Positions 48,548 to 57,987 of a DNA stretch of 64,000 nt are shown here, in pieces (within the stretch, counting starts at the first letter, position 1; the number at the start of each line of letters is the position of its first letter). The notes under the pieces were generated by a model. That model saw only the letters and a list, made by a program, of their open reading frames with translations. It was not told the origin of the DNA and made no database searches. The stretch comes from Promethearchaeota archaeon (GTDB lineage: Archaea > Asgardarchaeota > Lokiarchaeia > Sigyniarchaeales > SOKP01): positions 16,057 to 80,056 of the forward strand of contig JAHLWS010000034.1 of assembly GCA_019057795.1 (NCBI GenBank). Reading direction: 5' to 3'. Made by a program: the position numbers and the translations under genes.

Positions 48548-49828
48548 TTATTTCTTAACTATGTTGTTCTTTAATTTAAGCCATATTTCTAGTGCTAAAA
48601 ATATAATTAAACCAATCCCAGTTATCAGTGCTCCTACGAGAAAAGCTGTTTGATATGCGAATACCTCACCGAATCCTTCACCGATTAAAAAATCAATTAA
48701 AGGTCCTGAGATAATCGTACAAGCTAATCCCCAAGAAAGAAAAAAGGTTGTATTATACATCCCAAACAATTTTGCTCTGATTCTTGAAGGTATTAAATCA
48801 GAAGCAATAGCATAAGACGATGCAAAAATAATTACTTCAGACATGCCTAATAAAAAATTCCCCATAAAAATAAAAGGTAAAGTTGTTGTCAGAGCAGTAA
48901 TCGTCAAAGCCATAATCGCTAATATCACACCGAGTATTAGAGTACGAGAATGTCCAAATTTTCTGCTTAGAATACCTGCGATAAATCCAATCGTCAATAC
49001 TGCTAACGAGCGAGCGTTAGCAATAAAACTTAGCATTAAGCTATCTACTCCAAACCCGCTTTCTAAAATTAGATACTGACTATAGATGGTTGCAATGGAA
49101 TTGCGTCCGAAATTTATGAATATCAACGAAATTAGAAAGATTATAAAGATTACTTTGAAATTATCGTTTTTAGTTGGTTTATTATTAGTTTCTTCCTCTA
49201 ATTTTTGCTCAAAATGTGTTCCTCCTTCTGGTGCAAATAACATTGGAATGGTAGACGCAAACATAACAAGTGAAGCTACAAAAAACAAAGGTCCATCTCG
49301 AAATCCAAAACCACCCATATAGAGTATTCCTCCTATAGAAATTCCAATTATGCGACCGAATCCCCCAACACTAGTCAATTGACCCATGACCTTGCTTCTT
49401 TCTATAGAAGGATAAATGTCACTAATGAGAGCGCTCCAACTAATATTTGACATCGACCAAAACGCTTCGATACACATTAAGCCAAAAATAATAACATATC
49501 CTGCAATAATTAAATTTGAAAATATTGAGTGTATAAACCATACCAATGTAGTACCTACTCCTGCTAGAACCTCACCTAAAATGATGAATGTTCTTCGCTT
49601 TTGAAATTTATCGCTTAAAGGCCCCCAAACAAAATTCTGAAAAATCACGCTCATTAGCATTGGAAGTGTAGCGTATAAAGTTGTTTCAGTTACTGATAAA
49701 TGTAAAAAATCTCTTAAATAAATTGATAAGTAAGTATAAAACAACCCTCTTCTAAACATTGCGAGTAACTGAAAAGAAGATAAACCGATGAATGTTTTTC
49801 TCAGATATTTTTTGTTTTTGATCGTCAT
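48548..49828 (-). CDS. MFS transporter
   Basis: WGPLSDKFQKRR and GILSRKFGHSR motif A, about 12 TM segments. Confidence 0.92.
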   Translation of the reverse strand: MTIKNKKYLRKTFIGLSSFQLLAMFRRGLFYTYLSIYLRDFLHLSVTETTLYATLPMLMSVIFQNFVWGPLSDKFQKRRTFIILGEVLAGVGTTLVWFIHSIFSNLIIAGYVIIFGLMCIEAFWSMSNISWSALISDIYPSIERSKVMGQLTSVGGFGRIIGISIGGILYMGGFGFRDGPLFFVASLVMFASTIPMLFAPEGGTHFEQKLEEETNNKPTKNDNFKVIFIIFLISLIFINFGRNSIATIYSQYLILESGFGVDSLMLSFIANARSLAVLTIGFIAGILSRKFGHSRTLILGVILAIMALTITALTTTLPFIFMGNFLLGMSEVIIFASSYAIASDLIPSRIRAKLFGMYNTTFFLSWGLACTIISGPLIDFLIGEGFGEVFAYQTAFLVGALITGIGLIIFLALEIWLKLKNNIVKK

Positions 49829-49886
49829 TTTAACTCAAATTAGTAAATATTTAGATTGCCAAAATTAAAAACAAAAAGTACAACAT

Positions 49887-52187
49887 CTATTTAGCTTTAG
49901 ATTCAATACCAAATACTTTAATGTCCTTTTTAGGAAAAACTTTGATAACTTTTGGCAAACCTTCTCCTAACCTTACTCTTTCTAATACTGCTACGTATAA
50001 AGGGTAATAATTAATCAGAATTTTATATAGCGTGTTCCAAACTTGTTGCTCTTCCGTTTTATTACCAATTTCTTTCCTAAGCTTAGAAAAAATAGCTCTT
50101 GCTTTCTTTCTTTTTAGAAATTTCATGTAATTCTTTATTACTTTAATTCTAACTTTTTTGTATTCCTCAGGTCTGAAATGTGCAAGTGAATAACTTAAAT
50201 CGTCGTCTGCGACCGGGAAAAAGCTAACTTTTTTATCTTCTGGTTCTTCCGGATTATCAAACAATTCAAGCTCAATATCTGATTCATTGATAGTTTCAAG
50301 TATTGGATATAATTCACCAATCGTAATCCTTGTTTCTGATTGTATTTCAGAAGCTATTTCTGATATGCTAAAATGGAAATCTGGATACTTCTCTTCGTTT
50401 TCAATTCGGTATGTATATTCTTTTTTTAAAATATCAATAATTAAATTTTTTAAAGAAGTAGGGATTTCTTTTTTAGTGAAAGAAATCATGGTTTCTTTTT
50501 GTTTTTGCCCAAAAAGCATCTCATCTTTATGCTTCTTGTTATAATCTGTGGAAAGAGAAGTTAGAAATTGGTCCGAAGCTTTATCATTATTGTTAATAGT
50601 GCCTAAATTAAGATGGCTGCCTTTCTTCTTGGTCATAGTGGTATAGAGTCTTTCTGACAGATACTTTTTTGCTTTTTTTTGAGCGATTCCTTTTTTGTCG
50701 TAACTTTCTATAACGGAGGTAAAATCTATCATCTTTACCATAGTCCCATAATCATCTTTCTTTTCAGTTAAAGTAATGTCTATGTCAATTTTTGCCAAAT
50801 TCTCAACTAATGAGTAAATTTTATTTTTTGGAAGTTTTGTTGCTCTTATTAACTCCCGATCTAAAATTTCAAGAGGATAAGCTTTAGCTCTTCTTATGTA
50901 TTCGCTTCTTATCAATTGATAAATGATGTCCATGCTTTTTGCTTCTTGATTAACGGTTTCCTTCTGTAATCGCATAAACATTGATGTTTCGTGTGGTTTT
51001 AAATAGTAAAATAACAATGTACTTCCAAGGAAAATTATCATTATTAAAGAAACAATATATTTATCAGCCATAAAGAACTGGCCAAGAAGTGTAATTTCTT
51101 GATTTGGAATTTGAGTTTGTAGAGCAAAACGCGTTAAAGTTTGAGCAAAAACACAGCCTAAAATTAATAAAATTAGCCCGTCTTTTTTAAATATAAGCAA
51201 ACTCCATTCTAAAGAACGCCCCAATTTTTTTATAATTCTATATAAGAAGTACATTGAGAAGGTAAATTCAATAATAAGAATAAACCAAATTGTCGAGCTT
51301 GTGTCCCCAACTGTAGCCTTTAGTGCGGTAATAGTGGCTGGGTTTAACACAAGAAACATTGTTAATTGAAATACTTGAAAGAAAAAAATGAATAAAACAA
51401 TTAAAGAAAAAGTATAGTTGTCAAATAAACCGGCTCTTCTCGTTTCAGCTCGTCGTCTTGTAAAAACATACTCAAAAATGATAAACAATAGCGTTAATAT
51501 TAAACTGAAATAAATTAAAGGCATGATTAATCGCATTTCTAATACATAAACACCTACTGCTTCAGCAGGAGCATTAGGTCCAAGAAAGTCTAATGATATG
51601 AAAACTAATAATCCTCGATAAAACAATGATATTACAACAAGCACTCCTAATATTAAATATGGGGCGACAAAAGCCAAAAAACCCCGAAATGCTGAATACT
51701 TTGTTATTAGTCTGGCTTCTATTTTTGTAGCAAACTTTCTTGAATACATAAAAAACCTAATACTTAATAAAACAAGCCACACTGTTGATAATCCTAATAA
51801 ATAGCTTATAATGTTAAGATTTATTGAATATATAAATAACGAAATCAAATAGAAACAAGTTATCATTCCGATATATAAAACAATCTGTTTAATCGCTGTA
51901 TACTCCTCAAAAATGAAAACTCTAATTTTATCGACACTGTATAATAAAGACAATGCAAGGAAAAAAAATACCAATGCATTACAAAAAACAAACGGGTTTC
52001 CAAAAGTAAGGATGTTTAGATAAGACCCCGGAAAATTTATCCCAAATAAAATTAATAACGAATATAAAATAAATATCGCATATAATCCAAAGAATTTTCT
52101 ATCAAAACAGTACGATTTTTGAGGTTCCTTTCCCTCAACGTATAATTCGTGAATAAATATTTTTCGAATAATTTCTATAGGTTTCAT
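49887..52187 (-). CDS. multi-pass membrane protein (~10 TM) with cytoplasmic tandem winged-helix-like repeats
   Basis: Hydrophobic aa 1-395; two similar segments (LIRSEY...IYSLVENL..IDI and ILKKEY...LYPILETI..SDI). Confidence 0.75.
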   Translation of the reverse strand: MKPIEIIRKIFIHELYVEGKEPQKSYCFDRKFFGLYAIFILYSLLILFGINFPGSYLNILTFGNPFVFCNALVFFFLALSLLYSVDKIRVFIFEEYTAIKQIVLYIGMITCFYLISLFIYSINLNIISYLLGLSTVWLVLLSIRFFMYSRKFATKIEARLITKYSAFRGFLAFVAPYLILGVLVVISLFYRGLLVFISLDFLGPNAPAEAVGVYVLEMRLIMPLIYFSLILTLLFIIFEYVFTRRRAETRRAGLFDNYTFSLIVLFIFFFQVFQLTMFLVLNPATITALKATVGDTSSTIWFILIIEFTFSMYFLYRIIKKLGRSLEWSLLIFKKDGLILLILGCVFAQTLTRFALQTQIPNQEITLLGQFFMADKYIVSLIMIIFLGSTLLFYYLKPHETSMFMRLQKETVNQEAKSMDIIYQLIRSEYIRRAKAYPLEILDRELIRATKLPKNKIYSLVENLAKIDIDITLTEKKDDYGTMVKMIDFTSVIESYDKKGIAQKKAKKYLSERLYTTMTKKKGSHLNLGTINNNDKASDQFLTSLSTDYNKKHKDEMLFGQKQKETMISFTKKEIPTSLKNLIIDILKKEYTYRIENEEKYPDFHFSISEIASEIQSETRITIGELYPILETINESDIELELFDNPEEPEDKKVSFFPVADDDLSYSLAHFRPEEYKKVRIKVIKNYMKFLKRKKARAIFSKLRKEIGNKTEEQQVWNTLYKILINYYPLYVAVLERVRLGEGLPKVIKVFPKKDIKVFGIESKAK

Positions 52188-52334
52188 TTTCAGACTATAG
52201 GTCAGTTTATTGTAGAGGATAAAAAAAAAACGATTATTTTTTTAAATGAATTAATATAAATAAAACAAACCAAATTGCATATCACATGTTAATTTATTGC
52301 TGAAAATTTTAAATAGGTTCAAAAATATATTATA

Positions 52335-52619
52335 ATGTATATGGAAAATCAACATCAACCAGACAAAGAAGCTTTAATAAAGCTTGTTAAACAAGCTATT
52401 GAAATGCTATGCGAAAAAAACATTTCCAGTGTAGTTATTCTATCTTCTTATAAATTAAATTCCATTTTAAAAGATAACTTTGCCATAGATATTAAAGTGG
52501 ATCGAATAGGACGAGTGCTAAGCTCTGTAGCGAAAAGAAATCAATTAAAGCGATTAAATACGAATATACCAAAATATACATTGCAAATATCGAAAGTTTC
52601 CAGCCTTAAGTATTTTTAG
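52335..52619 (+). CDS. small winged-helix-like protein
   Basis: LSSYKLNSILKDNF...DRIGRVLSSVAKRNQLKR...PKYTL. Confidence 0.6.
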   Translation: MYMENQHQPDKEALIKLVKQAIEMLCEKNISSVVILSSYKLNSILKDNFAIDIKVDRIGRVLSSVAKRNQLKRLNTNIPKYTLQISKVSSLKYF

Positions 52620-52623
52620 TAGC

Positions 52624-54003
52624 CTATTTTAAATTACGAAAATCAGGAATTATCTTCTGTAATCTCTCAATAAATGTTTCAAATTCGTCAAAATTGTCTT
52701 TGAATGGTTCGAGTTCCGAGATTAATTTATCGTAGTTAGTAGATAGATTTGTTTCGAAAGGGTGGTTTATCGCACTTATCCCTTTCAACATATTAATTGA
52801 GAGATTTTGGATTTGTTCCGTTAAACTTGATATTTCTTTAGTTGAATTTTCAATTCTTTCTTTTATCTTCACGTCTATCATCGAAATCTCGTATAATTTA
52901 TTAATAATCTCATTGAGATCTTTTTTAATCGATTTAGTGATATAATCGATACTCTGCTCTAAGTGTTTGTTTATTTCGTTCGTTAAGATTTCTTTAATTT
53001 CGTTTGTATTAGCTTTCAAATCTTCTTGTCCTGAAAGGCGCTTATTTATGTATTTTTTTACTTTTTCTTTATATTCGTTAATCCTTTCTTTAAATTTCTT
53101 TTCTATCCATTTTTCTACTCTTTCAAAGCCATTATCTATTGTTAAATTCATATATGCTAGCGAATCACTAATTTTATTTAGACCTTTTAACGCACCATCG
53201 TTAAATTCAGACGACCAAGTTTCTAACTCAGATTTGTAATCATTTAAAACTAAGTTCGAAAAATTTTGTAATCCTTTTTTAAAACCATCTACAACGGGAT
53301 TAATATCTTGGTATTCTAAATCGATTTCCATTTCCAATTGTTCCGCGGACATTGGAATTTCTTGAAGGTCGCGCGGAATTTCTTTTCTTAATTCTAATCT
53401 TTCCTCAATTATTATAGGGTTTTTTGTTTGTCCATATTCAACGAATTTTTGAACCCATTTGTAAAAATCTAAAGAGTTTGGTTTCTCTATTTCGTATTTA
53501 ACCTTTATATAATCGCTCTTTTCTCCTTTTGAGAGATCTCTTAATCGAAATATTTCTAAGCCAAAATTATCTGATTTTTTCATTTTGGAATGATCGAAAA
53601 CAATTCCAAATCCATATTGGAATTTTTCGTTCTGAAAATAAAGGTGATTTTTTTTATCAACATCAGAAAAGAAAAGCTTTTCAGCATCAGGATGGGAGTG
53701 ATACCATCCTACTATTGAAAGATTCTCGTTTGAAGCTTCTTCTTGAATTTGAATAAGTGAATTGTGAATTTTTTCCGAAAAACCTAATTCTACTTCATCT
53801 CCATGCGTGATTGGAATAATCTTTGTTATGGTAATGTCATCACTATCAAGGTTCTTTTTTCCAATGCAAAATCCAAGAACCTGTTCGTTATAATCTAGTA
53901 CGACATTAGCAAACCTTAATACATGGGTAAACATGTCCTTAAACGGGGCCATTTTAATGAAAACTTTACCTTTCTCGCTAATTTCTCGATTATTATCTGT
54001 CAT
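52624..54003 (-). CDS. MPN/JAMM domain protein with long coiled coil (Gln at the catalytic Glu position)
   Basis: EQVLG...VGWYHSHP...FFSDVD; heptad-rich C-terminal ~250 aa. Confidence 0.9.
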   Translation of the reverse strand: MTDNNREISEKGKVFIKMAPFKDMFTHVLRFANVVLDYNEQVLGFCIGKKNLDSDDITITKIIPITHGDEVELGFSEKIHNSLIQIQEEASNENLSIVGWYHSHPDAEKLFFSDVDKKNHLYFQNEKFQYGFGIVFDHSKMKKSDNFGLEIFRLRDLSKGEKSDYIKVKYEIEKPNSLDFYKWVQKFVEYGQTKNPIIIEERLELRKEIPRDLQEIPMSAEQLEMEIDLEYQDINPVVDGFKKGLQNFSNLVLNDYKSELETWSSEFNDGALKGLNKISDSLAYMNLTIDNGFERVEKWIEKKFKERINEYKEKVKKYINKRLSGQEDLKANTNEIKEILTNEINKHLEQSIDYITKSIKKDLNEIINKLYEISMIDVKIKERIENSTKEISSLTEQIQNLSINMLKGISAINHPFETNLSTNYDKLISELEPFKDNFDEFETFIERLQKIIPDFRNLK

Positions 54004-54005
54004 CT

Positions 54006-55466
54006 TTATTTGTTACCTCCTTGTTCTAGCTTCTTAATTTTTAATAATAGTTGTTTTTTTTCAGATTCTAATTTATCAATTTTCTCTAAAATAGGAGCTT
54101 TTGTGCCCTCCAAAATTAAAACAGCGGCTTTTAAATTCGTTAAGAATTTTTGCGACTTTATATTAAGGTTGTTAAGGTTATTTAACATTATAGTGTGTTT
54201 CTTTGAGGTTATATCGGAAGTTTCTTTTTGCATTGCTTTTATCTTATCAAGAGTAGCGTTTTTTATTGATTTTATTTGTTCAGATAAGGAATTTAATGAA
54301 TTTTCTAATTTTTCTAAATTATCAAGATTAACAGACACATTACCATTATAATCTATCAATTTTTTCTGGCAGTCATCAAAATCTCTCGAGAAATCATTTA
54401 TTAATCCTTCGAACTTTTCTTTAAATAACTTATTAACTTTTTCTTTAACGATAACATTTATCTCTTTTAGTAACTCGGCAATTTCTTCTTGATATCCGTC
54501 AATTTGGTCAAGAAAATCGTCAACATACCCTTCTGCTTTGAATAACTCAGAATTTAAATCGTCTTTGTATTTCCTTTGTATTTTATCAATTCCCGCGTTT
54601 ATCACATCTTTTAAAAGAGTTAAATCTTTCCTAATTTTTATATTATTATCTTCTATATTCGCTGAAATATTTGCGCTAAGAGAATTAAGGAAATTAATTA
54701 AAGGAGTTAACGATAAATCCAAAAAATTAGCGAGCCCTACTTGGAAAGAATCAATTATTTTACGCTGATTTATCTCTGGCTGTTTAAACTGTAATTGGCT
54801 AAGCTCAGGAACTTTTATATCTCCAAATATATCCACCGTTTCATTTTCTTCAGTTATGGGATGTTCTCTCGAGTGTACATTATTAATTAATTCTATAATT
54901 TTAATGTAATATTCAAAATTATCTGGTGCCTCAACTATTGTCTTAACTTGGTGAACTTTTGAATCATGAATGTTTGATGGATTAGTCAATCGAATTGCTC
55001 TAAATCCTGGGTCGTCGGGTCTATCTAAATAAGCATGATCAAAAACTAACGCGATTCCACTAGGGTTCAATTCGTTTTGCCAACCAAACTGGTTTTTAAC
55101 GTCTGTAGGTGAAAAGAAAATCTGGTGCTGGAACAAATTTGGATGACTATGATACCACCCAACCATGAACCAGTTCTTTTCCAAGTACAAGGAATTTGCT
55201 TTTTCGAAAAATATATAATCGTTAATCGAGAATTCTACTTCTACGCTGCTCCCGTGAGAAATTGGTATGGCATCCTCAATAATGACATTCTTAAATTTTT
55301 TATCTTCGCCATCTTCGAGGCGTCCAATAAGCACTCCCATTACTTCGATACATTGAGAATTATTTCTAGCCTTATTTCCAAAACGTAAGACATGTAATAT
55401 CATCTTATAATACGCGAGAGATTTGATCTTTACTACGCTGTTGTCTACATCTTTCCCCATTTTCAA
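54006..55466 (-). CDS. MPN+/JAMM isopeptidase (Rpn11/CSN5-like) with long coiled coil
   Basis: KMILH...EVMGVLIG...VGWYHSHP...FSPTD. Confidence 0.92.
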   Translation of the reverse strand: MKMGKDVDNSVVKIKSLAYYKMILHVLRFGNKARNNSQCIEVMGVLIGRLEDGEDKKFKNVIIEDAIPISHGSSVEVEFSINDYIFFEKANSLYLEKNWFMVGWYHSHPNLFQHQIFFSPTDVKNQFGWQNELNPSGIALVFDHAYLDRPDDPGFRAIRLTNPSNIHDSKVHQVKTIVEAPDNFEYYIKIIELINNVHSREHPITEENETVDIFGDIKVPELSQLQFKQPEINQRKIIDSFQVGLANFLDLSLTPLINFLNSLSANISANIEDNNIKIRKDLTLLKDVINAGIDKIQRKYKDDLNSELFKAEGYVDDFLDQIDGYQEEIAELLKEINVIVKEKVNKLFKEKFEGLINDFSRDFDDCQKKLIDYNGNVSVNLDNLEKLENSLNSLSEQIKSIKNATLDKIKAMQKETSDITSKKHTIMLNNLNNLNIKSQKFLTNLKAAVLILEGTKAPILEKIDKLESEKKQLLLKIKKLEQGGNK

Positions 55467-55685
55467 TCACTTTAATTTTTAAATATAGATATACAAAATA
55501 TTTTTGTTATATTTATACTTTAAACCATTCTAATTTAAAACACTTAATATAAAATATAATTTTATATCTTTTTTATTGATATTTGAAAATTTAAAAAATT
55601 AAGTACAGATATTTCAAAAAAGTAGTAGTAAAATGTAAGTCAAGAAGGAGTTAAAATAAGGAAATATAAAATAAGATCAAATTTT

Positions 55686-56339
55686 CTAATGCGGTAAAGG
55701 TTTTCCGCAGTAGGGACAGAATTTCCAATCCAAATCTTTTCCACAATGAGGGCAAAACGTAGAAACTGAGCCTCCTTCTCCTTTTGGAATCGTAGGCAAA
55801 TCTCTTGTAGTTCTCAACATAGATGGAGCAGTACCACCCGCTTGCGCCCTTTTTTCTTCCTTTATTATCTTCATTCTTTCTTGGAAAGCTTGGCGTTTTT
55901 CTTCTTCTAGTTCTTGAGCCGACTTCATACCCTCCTCTTTAACCCACCCTGTTACTTTAGGTCTTTTTAATTCGCTTTCAGGAACTTTTTCTAACTCTAC
56001 TTTTTTAGTTTCCGAAATTGAGGCAACCATTTTTCTTTTTTCTTTTTTCTCAAGAGATTGCTTTACCAAAGCTTGGGTGGTTTTCATGACTTGATGAGGA
56101 TTTATATTTGGGATTGCTACCGTTCGCAACACCCAGCCAACTATAAGATTTTGGTTAGGAATACCCGATTTAGTTATATCTTCATCCCTAAAAACATATG
56201 AGTCAATAACAGATTTACCTTTTAGCAAACGAGTTGCAAACTTGCCGTTTATAAGCCCTAATTGAATCCTATACGACGTTCCCGCGATTCCCAGCTGACT
56301 CGACAACGGTTCAAATCCTTTCTCTGCCATTTTAATCAA
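55686..56339 (-). CDS. hypothetical protein with C-terminal double zinc ribbon
   Basis: FCPHCG...FCPYCGKPL; charged linker. Confidence 0.8.
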   Translation of the reverse strand: MIKMAEKGFEPLSSQLGIAGTSYRIQLGLINGKFATRLLKGKSVIDSYVFRDEDITKSGIPNQNLIVGWVLRTVAIPNINPHQVMKTTQALVKQSLEKKEKRKMVASISETKKVELEKVPESELKRPKVTGWVKEEGMKSAQELEEEKRQAFQERMKIIKEEKRAQAGGTAPSMLRTTRDLPTIPKGEGGSVSTFCPHCGKDLDWKFCPYCGKPLPH

Positions 56340-56566
56340 CTATCCTTTACTATACGATTTTAATTAGTTGGAATTACAGTTAATTTAATTAAAAGTAATA
56401 ATATAATCATTAATTTTGAATTTAAATAATTTTATATTCATCTCAAAAATAATTAGTATTTGTGGGGGTTTGATTTTTTTATTATAAAAAAATTTCTTCA
56501 AAAAAAAACACATAAATACATGTAATAGTATAAAGTTATCAAAAATAATATGTTTATAATTAAAAT

Positions 56567-57517
56567 ATGACAATTTTTATCCCTAAAGATGTTTATTTAA
56601 CTATAGTGGCTGCTTGTGTGAGACAGGCTAATAGACGCATTAATAAAGACGATTGGCTTGAAGTTTCAGGTATTTTTATAGGAAAAAACGAAGGAAATGA
56701 TGTCATTATTACAAAAGCTTATCCTATAATGCATCAAGTGTTAGATAAAGACGCTGTTATCGATCAATATAAATGGAGCGACGAAGATTATGAAGCACTA
56801 TATATTATAGACGACGAAGCGTTTTCGAGGAACGAATTCACAGTAGGATGGTGGCATTCTCATCCCGGATTCAAAATCATGATGAGCCACATAGATATCA
56901 AAACGACATTGAGCTATCAAACTAATAATCCGCTCGCGATATCGCTCGTGTTTAATCCAGATAGGTTAGTAAAGCAGATAGAGCTTCCTAATAAAAAAGG
57001 GGATCCGGTGAAACAGCTGAAGAACGATCCCGGTTTTAAGATATTTAGTTTAGATGATGTTACCAAAGGAATAGCAGCATCGTATCATACTTTAGATTAT
57101 AAAATTGCGGGATATGAAAGCATGGAACAATTAGTCGTATTAACACAGAAATTCGTAATCGACATTACTAATATGTTCCCTAAAGACAACATATTTGAAA
57201 CTTACGATAAGTTCGTAACCGATAGGATTAACGAACTGAATTCCTTATTGCAAGGAACGGAAGAGTATTTAACTACATTAATTAGAAAGGGGGAATCGAG
57301 TAGAGTACAAGAAGTTTTAAACGTTCAAACTCGCGATATTCGCAAATTTGTAGCTGAAACTTTTATAAAAATAGAAAATATCAAGGAATTTACGAATTAT
57401 TTGGAGTATAAAGAAAGAGAAAGTGTAATTCCGAAAATACAAGAGATATTATCTAAATGGGATGAAAGTAATGAAAAATTAGGCGTAAAATTGGCAGAAA
57501 TTGCTAAAAAATTTTAA
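56567..57517 (+). CDS. MPN+/JAMM isopeptidase (Rpn11-like) with helical C-terminus
   Basis: EVSGIFIG...VGWWHSHPGF...SHID. Confidence 0.92.
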   Translation: MTIFIPKDVYLTIVAACVRQANRRINKDDWLEVSGIFIGKNEGNDVIITKAYPIMHQVLDKDAVIDQYKWSDEDYEALYIIDDEAFSRNEFTVGWWHSHPGFKIMMSHIDIKTTLSYQTNNPLAISLVFNPDRLVKQIELPNKKGDPVKQLKNDPGFKIFSLDDVTKGIAASYHTLDYKIAGYESMEQLVVLTQKFVIDITNMFPKDNIFETYDKFVTDRINELNSLLQGTEEYLTTLIRKGESSRVQEVLNVQTRDIRKFVAETFIKIENIKEFTNYLEYKERESVIPKIQEILSKWDESNEKLGVKLAEIAKKF

Positions 57518-57696
57518 GATTCTTAAAATCGAATAATTACTTTTTCATATTTGAAAAAACTAACCATATTTTTCTTTTAAATAAATTAATAACTATAATA
57601 ATTTGTGTTAAAGGAAAATCTTTATCTTACTTCATATTTAAAAGACTGTTTGTCTAAATAGTTAATATTTTTGAAAGAAAATTTTGGAGATTAAAT

Positions 57697-57965
57697 TTGA
57701 AGAAAATTAACTTTCTCTTCACATCAATATTAGGCCAGATAAGATGAAATTGGGCTTAATTTTAAACATTATTAACCCTCAGATTGGAGGGGTACTCCTT
57801 ACTGGACATCAAGGAACCGGCAAATCAATAGCAGTAAGATCTCCCGTTGAATTAATGCCCCAAATCGAAGTTATTACTGGGTGTGAATATTAATGTGATT
57901 CATATTCTGATATTGATGATTTATGTGAAGATTGTAGGATAAAAAAAGAAACTGGACAAATAAGT
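57697..57965 (+). pseudogene. magnesium/cobalt chelatase ChlI-like AAA ATPase remnant
   Basis: FLFTSILGQ / DKMKLGLILNIINPQIGGVLLTGHQGTGKSIAVRS..LMPQIEVITGC with a frameshift and an in-frame TAA, truncated. Confidence 0.8.
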
Positions 57966-57987
57966 GATAGAGGTTTTATCTTAGTTA

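Noticed and set aside
56385-56573. 62-aa minus-strand ORF
   Set aside because: AT-rich F/I/K/N composition within a divergent promoter region
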